Assembly: GCA_017499595.2 (NCBI GenBank)
Contig: CM039001.1
Location: 2,976,001-3,040,000, forward strand
Length of the DNA stretch: 64,000 bases
Reading direction: 5' to 3'
Origin: Psilocybe cubensis
Lineage: Eukaryota
Below, piece after piece: positions 1 to 12,511 of this stretch. The notes below the pieces were generated by a model. It saw only the letters and a program-made list of their open reading frames with translations, did no database searches and was not told the DNA's origin. How positions within the stretch are numbered: position 1 is the first letter of the stretch; each line of letters begins with the position of its first letter. The position numbers were made by a program, and so were the translations under genes.

Positions 1-1477
1 GGAAGACGTTTCAGCTGCTCGCTCGAGGCGTTCAGCGAATATGGGGTTGCAAGTGAACCAGCCTGCGCGACTGCCAGGCGCGATCGTCTGTCAAATAAGC
101 GCGGCGAGTTAATTAGGCGCCGGAGAATCGCAGATGAGACTGCGCGCGTACCTTTGAGAATGTATCCAAACGGACGACACGGCCTTGATAGTCGAATCTT
201 TATTTTTGCTCGAGTCAACGGTTATTTAATTCAAGGTGTACGATCGGGCTCACTTCAAGAAGCTCGGTGCGAGACTGGCGAGATATTGGTCGTCGCTCAT
301 GTCGGTCTGCTTGAACGTCGAGAATCGCTGCGTCGGGTGAACATACGGACCCTCTTGCAGGAAGTAGTACGGATCATCTTCGACGATGATCACATCTATA
401 ACGATGTATGATTATAATTAGGCTTTTGAAGGAGCGATCATGGCATCAAATGACGTGAAAGCCTCACGAACCAAACTCGACACATATATTGTAGATCTCC
501 TGCTTCCGTTCAGCACCCATCGTCTAAGTCGGGCACAGATGATAAGTAAAAATGTCTCTTGCTACCACATGGCCGCGTGCCGCATTTGAAAATAAACTTA
601 CCGCGCCTGTGGGGTTCTGTCCGACAGGAACGATGTACATTACATGCGGGCTACAGAGAAAAAAAAGAAAGATAACATATATTGAATATGGCATGTACGG
701 GGAGATAACACAAAGAAAGAAGAGATAGTACCGTGGCATGCCGCGGGCGGCCGCGTCCCAGCCCGCCAGCACCTCGCGGAGGCCCGTGGCGCTCATCCCC
801 TGCCCGTCCATGCGCACCGGCACCGCGCGCACGCCCTGCGGGTACATCGTCTCCAGCGCGGACGGGTACGTCCAGTCGCTGACGAGCACGCCCTCGCCCG
901 GGTTGCACAGCGTCGTGACGGCCTTGGACCACCCGTCCGTGTTCCCGACGTGCAGGAGCACGGTCGCGTCTGCGTACGCGGGCTGGAAGACGCGCGTGGT
1001 GAACGCGACAATGGTGGATTGCAGCTGCGGAATGCCGCGGGCGACGCCGTATTGGAGCGCGGTGGCGAGGTTGAGGTCAGTAGGTGTGGAAGGGTATTTG
1101 GGGATGCTTATGGGGATGGTGCTGTCGCTTTCGCTGGAGAAAAGGCTGAGGAGCCAGGATAGGGGTCCACTGCTGCTGCCATGAGAGTCAGGAGTTGAGA
1201 CGAATTTGTCCGAGCTCAAGATGTCTGCTTTGACGGTGTCAAATGGGAAATACTCTGGGCTAGGCAAGCCTTTTGTTGTCTGTATTTCAGCATTGTTAAA
1301 ATGCGTTGATTATGGAGTGTTCTGACCTCCAGCGAGACTTATAATTCCAGGTCGTCCATAATATCTGGCCAAATTCTTGAGCGGAGAGACTGACCGAGCT
1401 CTGGCGAGTGCAGATAAGTGGTGAGAGAGGTCAATAGCCTCTGGGAGCGAAGCAACACCTTTTCGTTCAGGAGACAT
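1..1477 (-). CDS. Aro8-like PLP-dependent aromatic amino acid/aminoadipate aminotransferase, multi-exon; 3' end beyond the window start
   Basis: ATG at 1477 gives MSPERKGVASLPEAIDLSHHLS...IISLAGG, then LPSPEYFPF, ALQYG, GNTDGW, WTYPSALE, YIVPVGQNPTG and IIVEDDPYYFLQ, all typical of Aro8-family class I/II aminotransferases. Confidence 0.88.
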
Positions 1478-2597
1478 GGTTCAGAAAGTGAAGCAAAGCA
1501 AGTGGGCAGTAGGGAAACGAGAAAGATAGCTGCCTTTCTCCCGTCATTACGTGAAAATCACACAGCGCAGTGGGAAATTAGGTAGCAGATAAGGGCGGCA
1601 TGCAGTCGCTAGCCTTTCCGAGACACAGTGTTCAGCTGAGCTGGCCGTTATCTTTTCCCCCTTTATTTTATTTTTACTCGCAGATATTTGTAATGTGATT
1701 TGTGGTTTGACAAATCCAGATGGCATAAGTGACAAGGCAGCAAGTGTGGCAAAGGATGGGAGGGCATCGCAAGTCTGAACATGAAGTTAATGGGAGCCAG
1801 GATGAAGATGCAGATTGATTGTGGTGGTTGGATGTGAACCTGTTATATACAGTGGCGCCTTTTTGTATGAGTTCATCGACGCCATCAATTGCGTGCTTCG
1901 TCTTTCAGATTGACTGCAAATGAATTTGTATGTCATTGCATGCTTTATTATTGCGGTACAACACATCAACATGTAAGTACATTGCCCCATGTTCCCTGCC
2001 ATCCATCAGACCATGCTTAGCGAGCTCGTTACTTCGCTTGTTGCGGGGATGTGCAACGGTGTCATATGAGGATACTGCCTGGATAGCGGTCAGTCGACAG
2101 ACAAAACCCAGATAAAAGTGCGGACCCTCAAAGGAAGCCGGTGATCATCCTAGCAAGAAGCGCGATGGACGCGAACTTGCGAAGGTTGCCCCAACGATGG
2201 GAGGAAGAGTGAGCCTATAAGCGCCGTCAAAAGTGATGGATAATGTCATATAGCAGAGAACGTACATGTCCGCAGAAAAGAGGCGGATGGGGGCCCTGGA
2301 GACGAAGCAGAGCCTTTATAGCTGCAGCAGCATCAGCCTAATCTGCGATAGGAAATCTTGGAGGCCAATCTCGTGGGCGCTGAATTGCCTCGGCAAACGC
2401 CGGCCGTAGCAATTATGACAAACATCGTCCATTCATCATCACGCGTCCCTCTACTTTTCACACCAAAACCATCTTCGTCACTTTCGGAGGAGGCTGAGTT
2501 GTAAGCGGTTAGTTGGAAGCGGGAAGTGAGAGGTCCGTCTATCTCTATCTGTCTCGCTATTCTCGCTCACAATGCACAGTTATCACACAGAATCGAT

Positions 2598-3445
2598 ATG
2601 GCGTACCAGTTTTCTAGGAAGGGATGTTTCAAGTGTGGCAATCGTGAGTTATTAATTCTCTTTCTCTTGTTTATCGTCCGTCTAAACTAGAGTCAGTGGG
2701 CCACATCGCCGAGAATTGCTCTTCTGAGCAACGTCTGTGCTATAATTGCAGACAGCCCGGCCACGAATCATCCGCCTGTCCTTCCCCGAGGACAGTTTCC
2801 GCAAAACAGTGCTACTCCTGCGGTGGAGTAGGTCACATTCAGGGTTCGTCCTCCTTTGCATCTTTCACTTTCTTCCATCTCATTGTCGTTTACAACAGCT
2901 GAATGCCCTAGCCTGAGGATCCAGCAGAGCGGTAACCAAAAGTGCTACGTGAGTTTCAGACCCATGTCTCTCTTCGTCACACCGGCTCACATACACGCCT
3001 ACAGAACTGCGGGCGCTTCGGCCACTTTGCGAGGAACTGTCAGAACCCTGCTGGCGGCGTTGGCGCCGGGTTCGCATCGCGTGCTCCTCCCCCTGGACGC
3101 GCGTTGAACACCTCCACCTTGCCCCCTGTCAAGTGCTACAGATGCGGCGGACCTAACCATTTGGCGAGGTGAGCGTTTACTCGTCACTCCACCATTCGTG
3201 AGAACTGGCTAATTGCTCGTCGTTAGGGACTGCCTTGCCGCTCCTGGCACAGGACTTAACGAGGGCATCCCCACTGGACCCGCGGCTGCCAACGTCAACA
3301 AGAGCAAGACCTGCTACAAATGTCAACAGGAAGGCCACGTCAGTACTCCTCCCCTCTATTCCGACGCGCAAGCGATTGTTCTGACGTTTTTCGCACCAAT
3401 TTCTAGATTGCTCGCGACTGCCCCGAGGCCGAGTTTGTTGGTTAA
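2598..3445 (+). CDS. CCHC zinc-knuckle nucleic-acid-binding protein (CNBP/Gis2/Byr3 family), spliced
   Basis: Six CX2CX4HX4C knuckles after splicing (CFKCGN.GHIAENC, CYNCRQPGHESSAC, CYSCGGVGHIQAEC, CYNCGRFGHFARNC, CYRCGGPNHLARDC, CYKCQQEGHIARDC); ATG at 2598, TAA at 3443-3445. Confidence 0.92.
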
Positions 3446-4970
3446 ATATGTTACAGACGATGATCATCATGACCATTTCTCCTATGCTACGCGAATTAGT
3501 TTGATAAAAAAAAATACATGAAGTGAAGCGACTTCTCGACTTTCTTAGTATATGTACCATATGCATGCGTCAGTGTTAGTATTGTTTTATTTCATGCCGC
3601 CAATTATATGCTGTGTATCGCGACGACGACGGCGCAGTGGGGCTAACTCGAATTAGACCAGTGCGATGCATGCCATAACATCGAATTTAGCATCTTTCTA
3701 GCAACTGAGCAACTTTTCGCAAGCTCGTTGGTTGAGATGTCGGAGTCAAGGAGGCAACAGAGTCGCATCATTGTCGGGCATCAAACGAGACTGCATGCAC
3801 TAATTTTATAATCCGCTCTAAAGTCGCTCGCTACAAGTCGCTACATCTCTTCCCCTTTTCGACGCGGATTTCATGGCAGTTCTTGGGCGCACGGTCGTAC
3901 TTCAAGCTATTAGTCGACATGGATGAGCTTTGGACATCGAAAACACTATCCGAGCAAAATGACAACGCACGAAGCCCTGGGGCCTGCACGCCCGGCCTGA
4001 CACCTCTGAATCCAACGTCACTTCCTTCACGGCTCAGCACAACCAGTTTCCCCGACGCAGGTTAACTGCTTCCTATACCAAAGAAAAGAAAAGACCCGTC
4101 ATTTGCATTTGGTGCAATTGCCGTCGTCAACATCGATATCTTTGTATTCTGGAAAGTTATTATCCGCGTTCCGGTGTCGACTGGTGTACCGACCCCAACT
4201 AAGCCTAACTCTCCGACATCGACGCCCGCCCATCTGTGATGCATCGTGCATCATGCATCATGCCTCGATCGTGTCGAATCCCGAATCCTACAACGTCGTA
4301 GGGGTTCATGCGGCGCCGATACGATGCATGCTGCCGTCTCTTCTCCGCTGATACACTACATCCCTCGGAAAATCTAGACCCTGCTTCGCTTTCTTTACTG
4401 TGCAGTAACCGCGAGAGAATTCAGACTGCTCGAACCGCTGTTGGCTGGATGCTCAGACTTCTGATGATAAACGAACGCTTGGATTGCTTGGGTAGCTGTT
4501 CCTGGATGGCGCACGGACGCGGGCGGGGTCGAAGAGCGTCTCGACGCTGTGCACCCTGGCGCTCTACCAGGTGGGACGCGATTGCGCTCTGTGATATGTC
4601 ACATTTGCTTGTTTTGCACTGGCGTTGATCGACATTCCAAAGAGCTGTAAGTGATATTGATTGCTCCATGCGAATGCGAATGCGAAGATCTATATGTCAT
4701 ACTGGACTGACGTCTTCTGTGTACTTCAGGACCTCGGGCGTGAGGCCGGCGAAGGGTATAAGCGTTACATCTGTTAGCGGAAGACAGTCCGTCATTGTAT
4801 GGCGAAACTCGTTTATTGTCACTATGTATTCGAGAGAATCATATGTATGGTATGTATTCCAACGATGAAGGAAATTTACAAATGATTCCTCTGATCGTTT
4901 GATAGTTATTTGTCCAGATTGAAAGCATTTAATCCATCGAATTCAAGTTTGCAAGGTACATTATGTACCT

Positions 4971-6488
4971 TCAAACAGAGGCACGCTTAACAACGTACCC
5001 AAGGCGGGGGAAGTGACAGCGTAGGAGGCCTTCGGAACCCTGAACCTCCAAAGTCAATTCACTACGACTCAGCGCGACGAGTTTACCGTTTGTCGGATAA
5101 TCCTTCCCTATAACGCAATACACCCAAGCAAGATATTATACATACGTACTATCAATGACACATCTAGAAGAAGAGGTATTGAATTACTTACCGTAATCGT
5201 CTGGAGCGACCTGTACCGTGTCTCCAAGTCCCACGCCCAAGCGCGTTGCCTCGATGGTGTCGAAGCCGACGACGTCGTATGGCTCGTGCGGCGCGGATAC
5301 GATCTTTCGCGCTGCTGTCTCCCCGGAGAGCTTGGACGGAGGGGTCTGCGTTGCTTTAAGAGCAGTTATTGCTGCAGACACGCGATCGAGCCACTGGAAA
5401 ATCCGGGTTAACGACCGTAATCATGTTGAGGTCATAATGTCATAATAGCAGGATGTGTAATGGACTGAGAAGAAAGGAACAAGAAAGACTTACAGCGATA
5501 GTGAGTGGGAAGCGCGACTCGTCGAATAGGGATGCGACGGTAGGCATCCTTCTGCCCCAGGCGAGAAGGAAGTGTACGGATATGTCGGTGAGGCTTAAAG
5601 CCTTTGTGTCCGAAAGCCATTCGCGGGAGTCACTTAGCTGCTCTTCCAGGAGAAGCTGACGATGATTATGGGGTTGGTCGGATGAGAATGGCAAAGGATG
5701 ATGGGCGACAAAGTTATTATGAGCCTTACCAAATGCGAGGAAAATAGGGAAATCGAGCTTGGTCTGCCTTCTGCAAATTGTTCCAAATTTATGGGTCTAC
5801 CGAGGAGCTAGATGAATGGACAAAACATTTTCAGGATTCACGGATGTAAGGCGAGCTGGGGCGGATGAACCTTGGCGCGATCTTCGATGAACGCTGGAGG
5901 GGAGGCCTCCCAAGGCAGTACGCTCACTATAAGCGGAAACAACACATTGTCGGTGTAGAATTTCGAGAACGCCGTGACGAGTCCTCCTTTAGTTGCACCT
6001 TCTGCACCCTCGCTATGCTTTGGGGCAGGATAGATTGTGCCGTGTCTGGCTGACGGGGGGAAGCGCCTTTCCAGTGTGGGCGCAATAAGACTGTAGATAT
6101 GCTAAGTATTAGAGTGTCAAGTGAATTTTGATGAAGTAATACGGGCCCAGTGTCGCAGTAAACATCATTTCCAATGGCGAGTATGGGTATGCGGCGGTAG
6201 TTTATTCCCAATTGGTCGGTAATTTCAGGGCGAGGAAGCATCACTGAGACCTGAAGAACAACGTCGAAGATATGAATGAGCAAAGGATGTAACATCAACT
6301 AAGAATGGACTCATTTACATCTACATGCTCGTGAGGTATGTTCTTCAAAGCTAGGACATGGTCAATCTTTTGAGAATAAGGTGAAGTGTCGTAGCTAGAT
6401 GATAGAGGGTGAAATGAGCGACAATGAAGGTTACTAGTAACAAGGATGTAATAGCAGACCGATAAACAATGACAGTTTCGTTGGACAT
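4971..6488 (-). CDS. Glutathione S-transferase-like protein (GST_N_3-type N-domain), paralog 1
   Basis: MSNETVIVYR/YDTSPYSQKID..., MLPRPEITDQLGINYRRIPILAIGNDVYCDT, C-terminal HFPRLGYVVKRASV*; canonical introns. Confidence 0.85.
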
Positions 6489-7967
6489 GATTCTGTTGTA
6501 AGAGTGCTGAGAGTGGAGGTGATGAAGGATGAGATAAAATGCTCTTGGGGTTGTTGTGGGTTGCACGGTGATACAGCCTGTGACTTAATACAATAGGTGA
6601 TTACACGTGAAACGTTTAGTGAGAATTCCGGATATGCGGGCAATAGGTGGGTTTTGGAAAGAAACGAAACAACACAAAACCTGTCGAGGCGTTCTGCATG
6701 TTTTCCGGTCCAAAGGTAATGTACTGGTCATGGTTAGAATGATCAGATCTTGATATCGGTGTGCCTAATTAGGGAATTTTTTTTCCCCGTTTAGGCTTGG
6801 GTGGCAAGATTGACGCAGGACATCGATTGTGAGCCGATGTGTACTGCACGTTGAATTTTTGTCAAAAATTTGGTGCACGGAGAAATGGCGACGAGAACTT
6901 CCTATGTGATGTGGATCTCCTTCGTTCATAATTAGTACTAGAGACTGGTAATTAAACGTTGTTAAGTAGTTGAGTCAATGAATAATTAAGACCTACCTCC
7001 GTAGTTTTGATGAATATGGCCAAGTTACCGAAGTTAAGCTTCCATGGTGCTGAGCGCTGAAGGTTGGTTGAACAGTGGGCCAAACCAGCACAATAACTGT
7101 AACTGTGAATAGAAGCGACGGCGATCAACGGAGTTCCAATTTGGCGGAGCGTCGGAGTCTAAATGCCAAATTACAAAACGCAACTGCCGCCGAGTTTAAA
7201 CCAAACCACAAACTCAAATTCAACTGACAACATTCCTTGCTCAACACCACTTTCGACGAGATGAAAACGCGGCCTATGTGCTGAATTCTGTATAATTTTG
7301 GTGTAAAATGCAGAATGTTGCCTGTAAATCCATTATTCGATCACCTTAACCGTTATCGACGTGTCTACGCGTTCATCAATGCTGGTGGACACTGATGTTT
7401 GTGGCGCTGTACTATTTCTTGAAAATTTCCATCGTAGACGATGCATTGCGACTCCTTGTAAGTGCGTCTATCCCACACATAGATTACATACTTATCACTC
7501 CTGCTTCTTGCGACAATCCAAGGAATCCACAGGCTTCAAATTAGACGCCCATAAGGGGCTCAGAAAGGCCTCACGCGGATTTTTTTTTCATCACAGGTAT
7601 GAATCTCTCAAGTAAATATTTTATTCCACTAAATAATCTTTCATAGGTTTATTTGATATCTTTGATTGTCAATTTCATTGACATAGTTCCGAATCATAGG
7701 AACGTCAATGCAATTGTACTGGATCAGGACTCCCTTCAGGAAAGTCGCCGGACCTATCGATGAACGAGGTCCTATGTCTTATTCAACTCATTTATGGTCT
7801 TTCAAAGCACGTTATCCTCAGCATAAATTGTTGTGCAGCATGTGACAAAAATCTTTACAGACAAATATACAAATAATGCTCGATCACCCCGCCGTTATAA
7901 ATATCCTGCCTACTGGTCAATCCTGTCTTTCTTCCTTACCGCAACATTAAATCATACAAGGCCCAAT

Positions 7968-10900
7968 ATGCACCTATCATCTGAGCCGGTACCTCAATAT
8001 CCGAGATTAATATCTCGCCCTTGCAAACAGTCTCCTAGCATGAAGTTTAACAAGCCCGACCCTCCCTCCTCCAGGTACCTGCAGGACATCGCGCGGGACC
8101 AACTCCCCCCGCCTTCGTTACATAGAAGCAGACATGGGTGTACGTGTATATTCTTACTGGCTTTGTCCTCGCTTTTTTTAAAAATTGTATCCAGCTATCC
8201 AGGACCCCGCCCAGGATTATACACTCCCTCACCCGTCCAACAGGCGAGGACGAAGGGAATGTGAGTTGATATATAGTTAATACAGGAGGCCTCTGTGTTT
8301 ATATGTCATACGCCCAGATGTTCAAGATATCGCCTATGATAAATCGCCATCTACATCATCAGTTAATCGAGGTCGCAAAGGATGTAAGTGTACATTGGTG
8401 TGTTATCTGTTGTTGAATATGTTGACATGTGGTAGCTTCAGCTGTTCATACTATCGATCACAATACTATACCCCTTCCTACACCAGTCAAGCGTGGTCAC
8501 AAAGGTCGTAAGTGTACACTGAGTCTATGCCTGTACATGTACTGATATATCGTTCAGCTGTCCAAGATATTGCCCAAGACAGAATGTCCTCGCCATCATC
8601 CATTAAGCGAGGTCGAAAAGGATGTAAGTGTATATGAGGCTTATATGACTGACAATTGTTTATATGATTTGTACTCAGCCAATCAAGATATCGCCCAAGA
8701 ACAAAGAACATCTCCTACAATGACAAAACAAACTCGAAAAGGCGAGTATATACAGCCTCCAATACAAGAATTTATAATTGATTTTCTCTCAGTAGCCCAA
8801 GACCTTTCTAAGGAGTCACTCCCCTCGCCACTCCCGGCCAAAAAAGGGCGAAATGGATGTGAGTATATCAAACTAGCTCAAGTAAATTAGGTCATTGATA
8901 TTTAATACCTTTACCAGTTATGAAGTTTCTCTCTAAAGCGGTCCCATGCACTTCAGCAAAAAGCGTGGTGGAGGAGCCCAGTGTTATCTGCAGCCAAGAA
9001 GTGAAAAGTGTCAGTTCTTCCCCCCCATCGCAGAGCGAGGTAGCCCTGTCCCGCAATAAGTTTTCGACGGATTTGATCCCCACTCGAGGATCTTTCAGCA
9101 TATCCGCCAGGGAGTCCTTGCTACCCCAGTTCTCGCCCGAGTTCAATTCTATGCCGGGGTCTTCCAGGGCAGGACATCGCTGGCCCTCCTTCATGGAGAT
9201 AGAAACGCCAGTATTGGAGGCAGGCGCCTCTCCCAGGAACATCGTACCCTCGCCCAGTTCATCATTGTCGGCGGGCAGGAGATCAATCCACGCCATTGTG
9301 GAGGACGCTGACAGCGAACCTGTCCAAATAGAGCCCTCAAGCGGCAACACAATCGCCATTGAAGTACCTGCGGATCGCCAGTCTGACCACGCCACCAACA
9401 CGTCCTCTGACGAAGAGCCCCCCGCCCCAACCAAGATGTCTTGGGCCGATATCCTCGCCGCAATGAAAAATAATGCCGAGGAAGATGCATCGTCTGTTCC
9501 TATCAATGATTTGGAAGAGTTCTTATCGGCGTTTGGATTGAAGGTTTCCAAGAAGGAGCCAGCAGTGGAGGAGATGTCCCTTTTTCAGCTTAACAAAGTC
9601 GTAACGGACCATGAAGAAAGGGACGCGCAAACAATTATGGATTGGCTACTTATTCATCCGGAGGCGACCGGTTTCATGTCCTCTTACCCAGCTTTAACAC
9701 GACTGGTGGAGGTGGACGCAGACACCAACGAAATAGGTGCGTTAAACACATTTCATTCGTTTTCATTTTACTAACTCTTGGTTTTTTTATCTAGTTAACA
9801 CCACCTCTTTCGTGAACATCACAGGTTCGATTACCTCTTTATTTTTGGAATCTCTGTTTAACATATTCTTTAGCGGATCTGGAGGGGGAGGGCATGGGCC
9901 AAACTGTTGGCTCCATGGACTCCTTGCCATCTGTTTATTCCCAACAGACATCGCCAACCCACAGCGTTGAGAACATCCCTCAACTCATATTTACACTCCC
10001 AACGGAGACCGATCTCGCCCTCGATCCCGTCATGGAAGAAGAGACTGTTCCAGCCCCGGAACTTCTGAATGTCGCATGGACGCCTACTCCCATGCAAAGG
10101 CGCCGAGTATACTCGGTAACACCTCCTAAGCGCCGAATCTCGAGGCTTCGCAAGGTGGCTTCGGCGCCTGACCTCCAGCTTGTTGCTGCGGGGTCTAGCT
10201 TCGACGACAGCGACGACGAGGACACCGTTCCCTCATCCCGTGAGGTGTCTGGTGTTTCCTCTACCGTCTGGACGCCATTCTCCATCGACTCTTCGGTGGA
10301 TGCAAATGATTCCTCCACCATGACGGTTGTGTCAGAGGAAGAGCGTAGGAAGTCTGGTAAGTATTCGATTCAACTCCCTCTTTATGTCAAACTTTCTTTG
10401 CTAACTGTTTCAATCCCACAGATCCTAATGTCGGAGAGAACATGTTGGTGGCAAACTTGCTGCCAGACTCTTCTCTCGGCTCATTCTCGTCTAACCGTGG
10501 ACGCGTTTCTGTCATCGACGCTGGGACTACTACCACTGACCCCTCAACCGCTTCTCTCTGTATTACCGACGTCGTGACCCGCGTTTCCGCTGAGGACGAC
10601 GGCGTATCTGTCTCCGGTTTCGTTTCTGCTCCTTCCACGCCCGCTCCTGACGCTCATACTTTTGAATCTACTGGCAACGAGGCTGTGGAGGCTTCGTCTG
10701 GTGAAACTCAGGTCCGCTCACGCCCTGTTGGTATCTACGGCGGCCCTCTCAACATGGCCAGCCTTCGTTCGCAGATGAACAAGGTCGAGGAGATCATCAT
10801 CGCCAATGCCAGCAATCGGGCGAGCATGTCTGCTCCCAGCACACCTCAGGTTCAAAGCCCAGGTTCACCTAAGCGCGATTCCCAGGGTGCAACGCCTAAG

Positions 10901-11071
10901 CGCCGAGGAAGCATGGGTTACAAACCACGGGCCATCACCGGCATCAGACCTTTGATGCTTCCCATGCGGGTGGCACTGCGAGATTTCGACGACGACGGCA
11001 ACAGGACTGTTACGCACCCTCCTGGCACTGTCTCTCCCGAGGACTCCCCCCGGAACATTGTTCCATTCTAG
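7968..11071 (+). CDS. Hypothetical Ser/Pro/acidic low-complexity protein with N-terminal exon-encoded 22-aa repeats
   Basis: Chain of phase-1 short exons at 8195-8858 splicing into long ORFs 8920-9774, 9894-10577 and 10442-11071; stop at 11069-11071; start codon uncertain (7968 or 8040). Confidence 0.65.
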
Positions 11072-12511
11072 GTTTCTTTTCTTTGACTTTTTTCTCAAAA
11101 ATTTACTCAAACCCCCCTGGTGATGTCTTTGTGACTTGGGCCTCTTGTCAACGGTCTTTTAGGCTCTCGTCGACGTCACCACGGTTGACACAAAAAATGT
11201 TTTGGAGGCAAGTCTTCGCCTCTCCGCCTTTGGCGGGTTTTTCTTCTCTCAAAACCTAGTTTTCTGTTCCCGGATCGTTCTCTCTGGCTGGCTCGCTACC
11301 GCATCTCTCAAAGGTCTTTCGTCATCTGCACTACAGTCTCGGTTGAGTTTTCTCTCTCTCTCTTTTCTTCTTCTTCCGAGTCTCTCTTCTCTTTCTGTCT
11401 CTCTCTGTCTCTTTCTCTCGTTATGTCCTACCATCTTGATTTGGACAATACCGGCACCGGCATCTTCAATTTGTATTTTTTGTGATCTGGCAACATCTTC
11501 ATCCTATCTTTCTATCTTTATTGGCGGCCTTCTTTTCTGTGGATTTTCTCTTTCTCACGTGCCTTGGGTTGTACTCCGCTCGACACCATCAACGATTGGA
11601 CCCTCGACGCCCTTTTCACATCAAAAAATCTTTTCGAACCCCCCGGAACATACTTCGGATGAAAAAAAATTGTCTATTCTTCATTTTTCGGACCCGCACT
11701 CGACCCGGAGCTTCTTGTTCTCTCGCTTTGCGTCGTCGTCGCCCTTTGCCAACCTGGGCCTGTGCTTGTTTAACTTTACTCCTCAGCTTAGAAGGTCGCC
11801 CGCCATGTGTTCGCCTCTTCATCATTTGCACACTATGTATTATTCATTTTCTATCACATGTATTTTTCATTTCTATGACATTTGTACTACATTTCTATTT
11901 TCTATTCATCTTCATGACTTTTCTATTGCATTTCTATTTCTTCATCTCTATGATATATTTATTACATTTCTATTCATTATCCATCTCTATTACATTTCTG
12001 TATAACATCCTATTCAGCTTTATAGATTTGTATTTTCTTGGATCAATAAAAATGTCAATATATGTATAGAAAATTTATAAACAGACAATTCTGCAGTGAA
12101 ATGATGATACAAGCTTTGAAAATGCAAAACAAGAATGGTGCATCTTTTTTGTGGCATCCAGAGTGCAGTGTTGAATAGCAAAACATGGATGGCTTGCTTC
12201 TCACCTCTATCAAAGGATTTTGCCAAAGTTTTATTATTTCTTACTGCAAATGCAACGAGTTGGCTCAAAGATTATGGCATTAGCAACCAGTGACTCTCGC
12301 AGCTTGAATGACTATGGACGTTCGACTCGAGCACAACCTAAACGTACCTAATTATAGTACAGCTTCGGACTTGGCATTGACATGCTGCATCCAACATTAT
12401 CTCACGATCAACTGATACACACAGACAGCCTCATGTTTATTATAAGAGGCTTGCCTTCAATACGCTGCACGAGGTATACCCAATAGTCCGTTGGCTGGCG
12501 TCGGTTCGACT

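Noticed and set aside
3600-4870. Several short ORFs and ATGCAT/CGACG-rich palindromic patches between the zinc-knuckle and GST genes
   Set aside because: No recognisable domain, TIR or consistent splice pattern
11202-12069. 267-aa and 195-aa Leu/Phe/Ser-rich ORFs
   Set aside because: Pyrimidine-rich low-complexity 3' flank with non-ATG starts; no protein-like motifs
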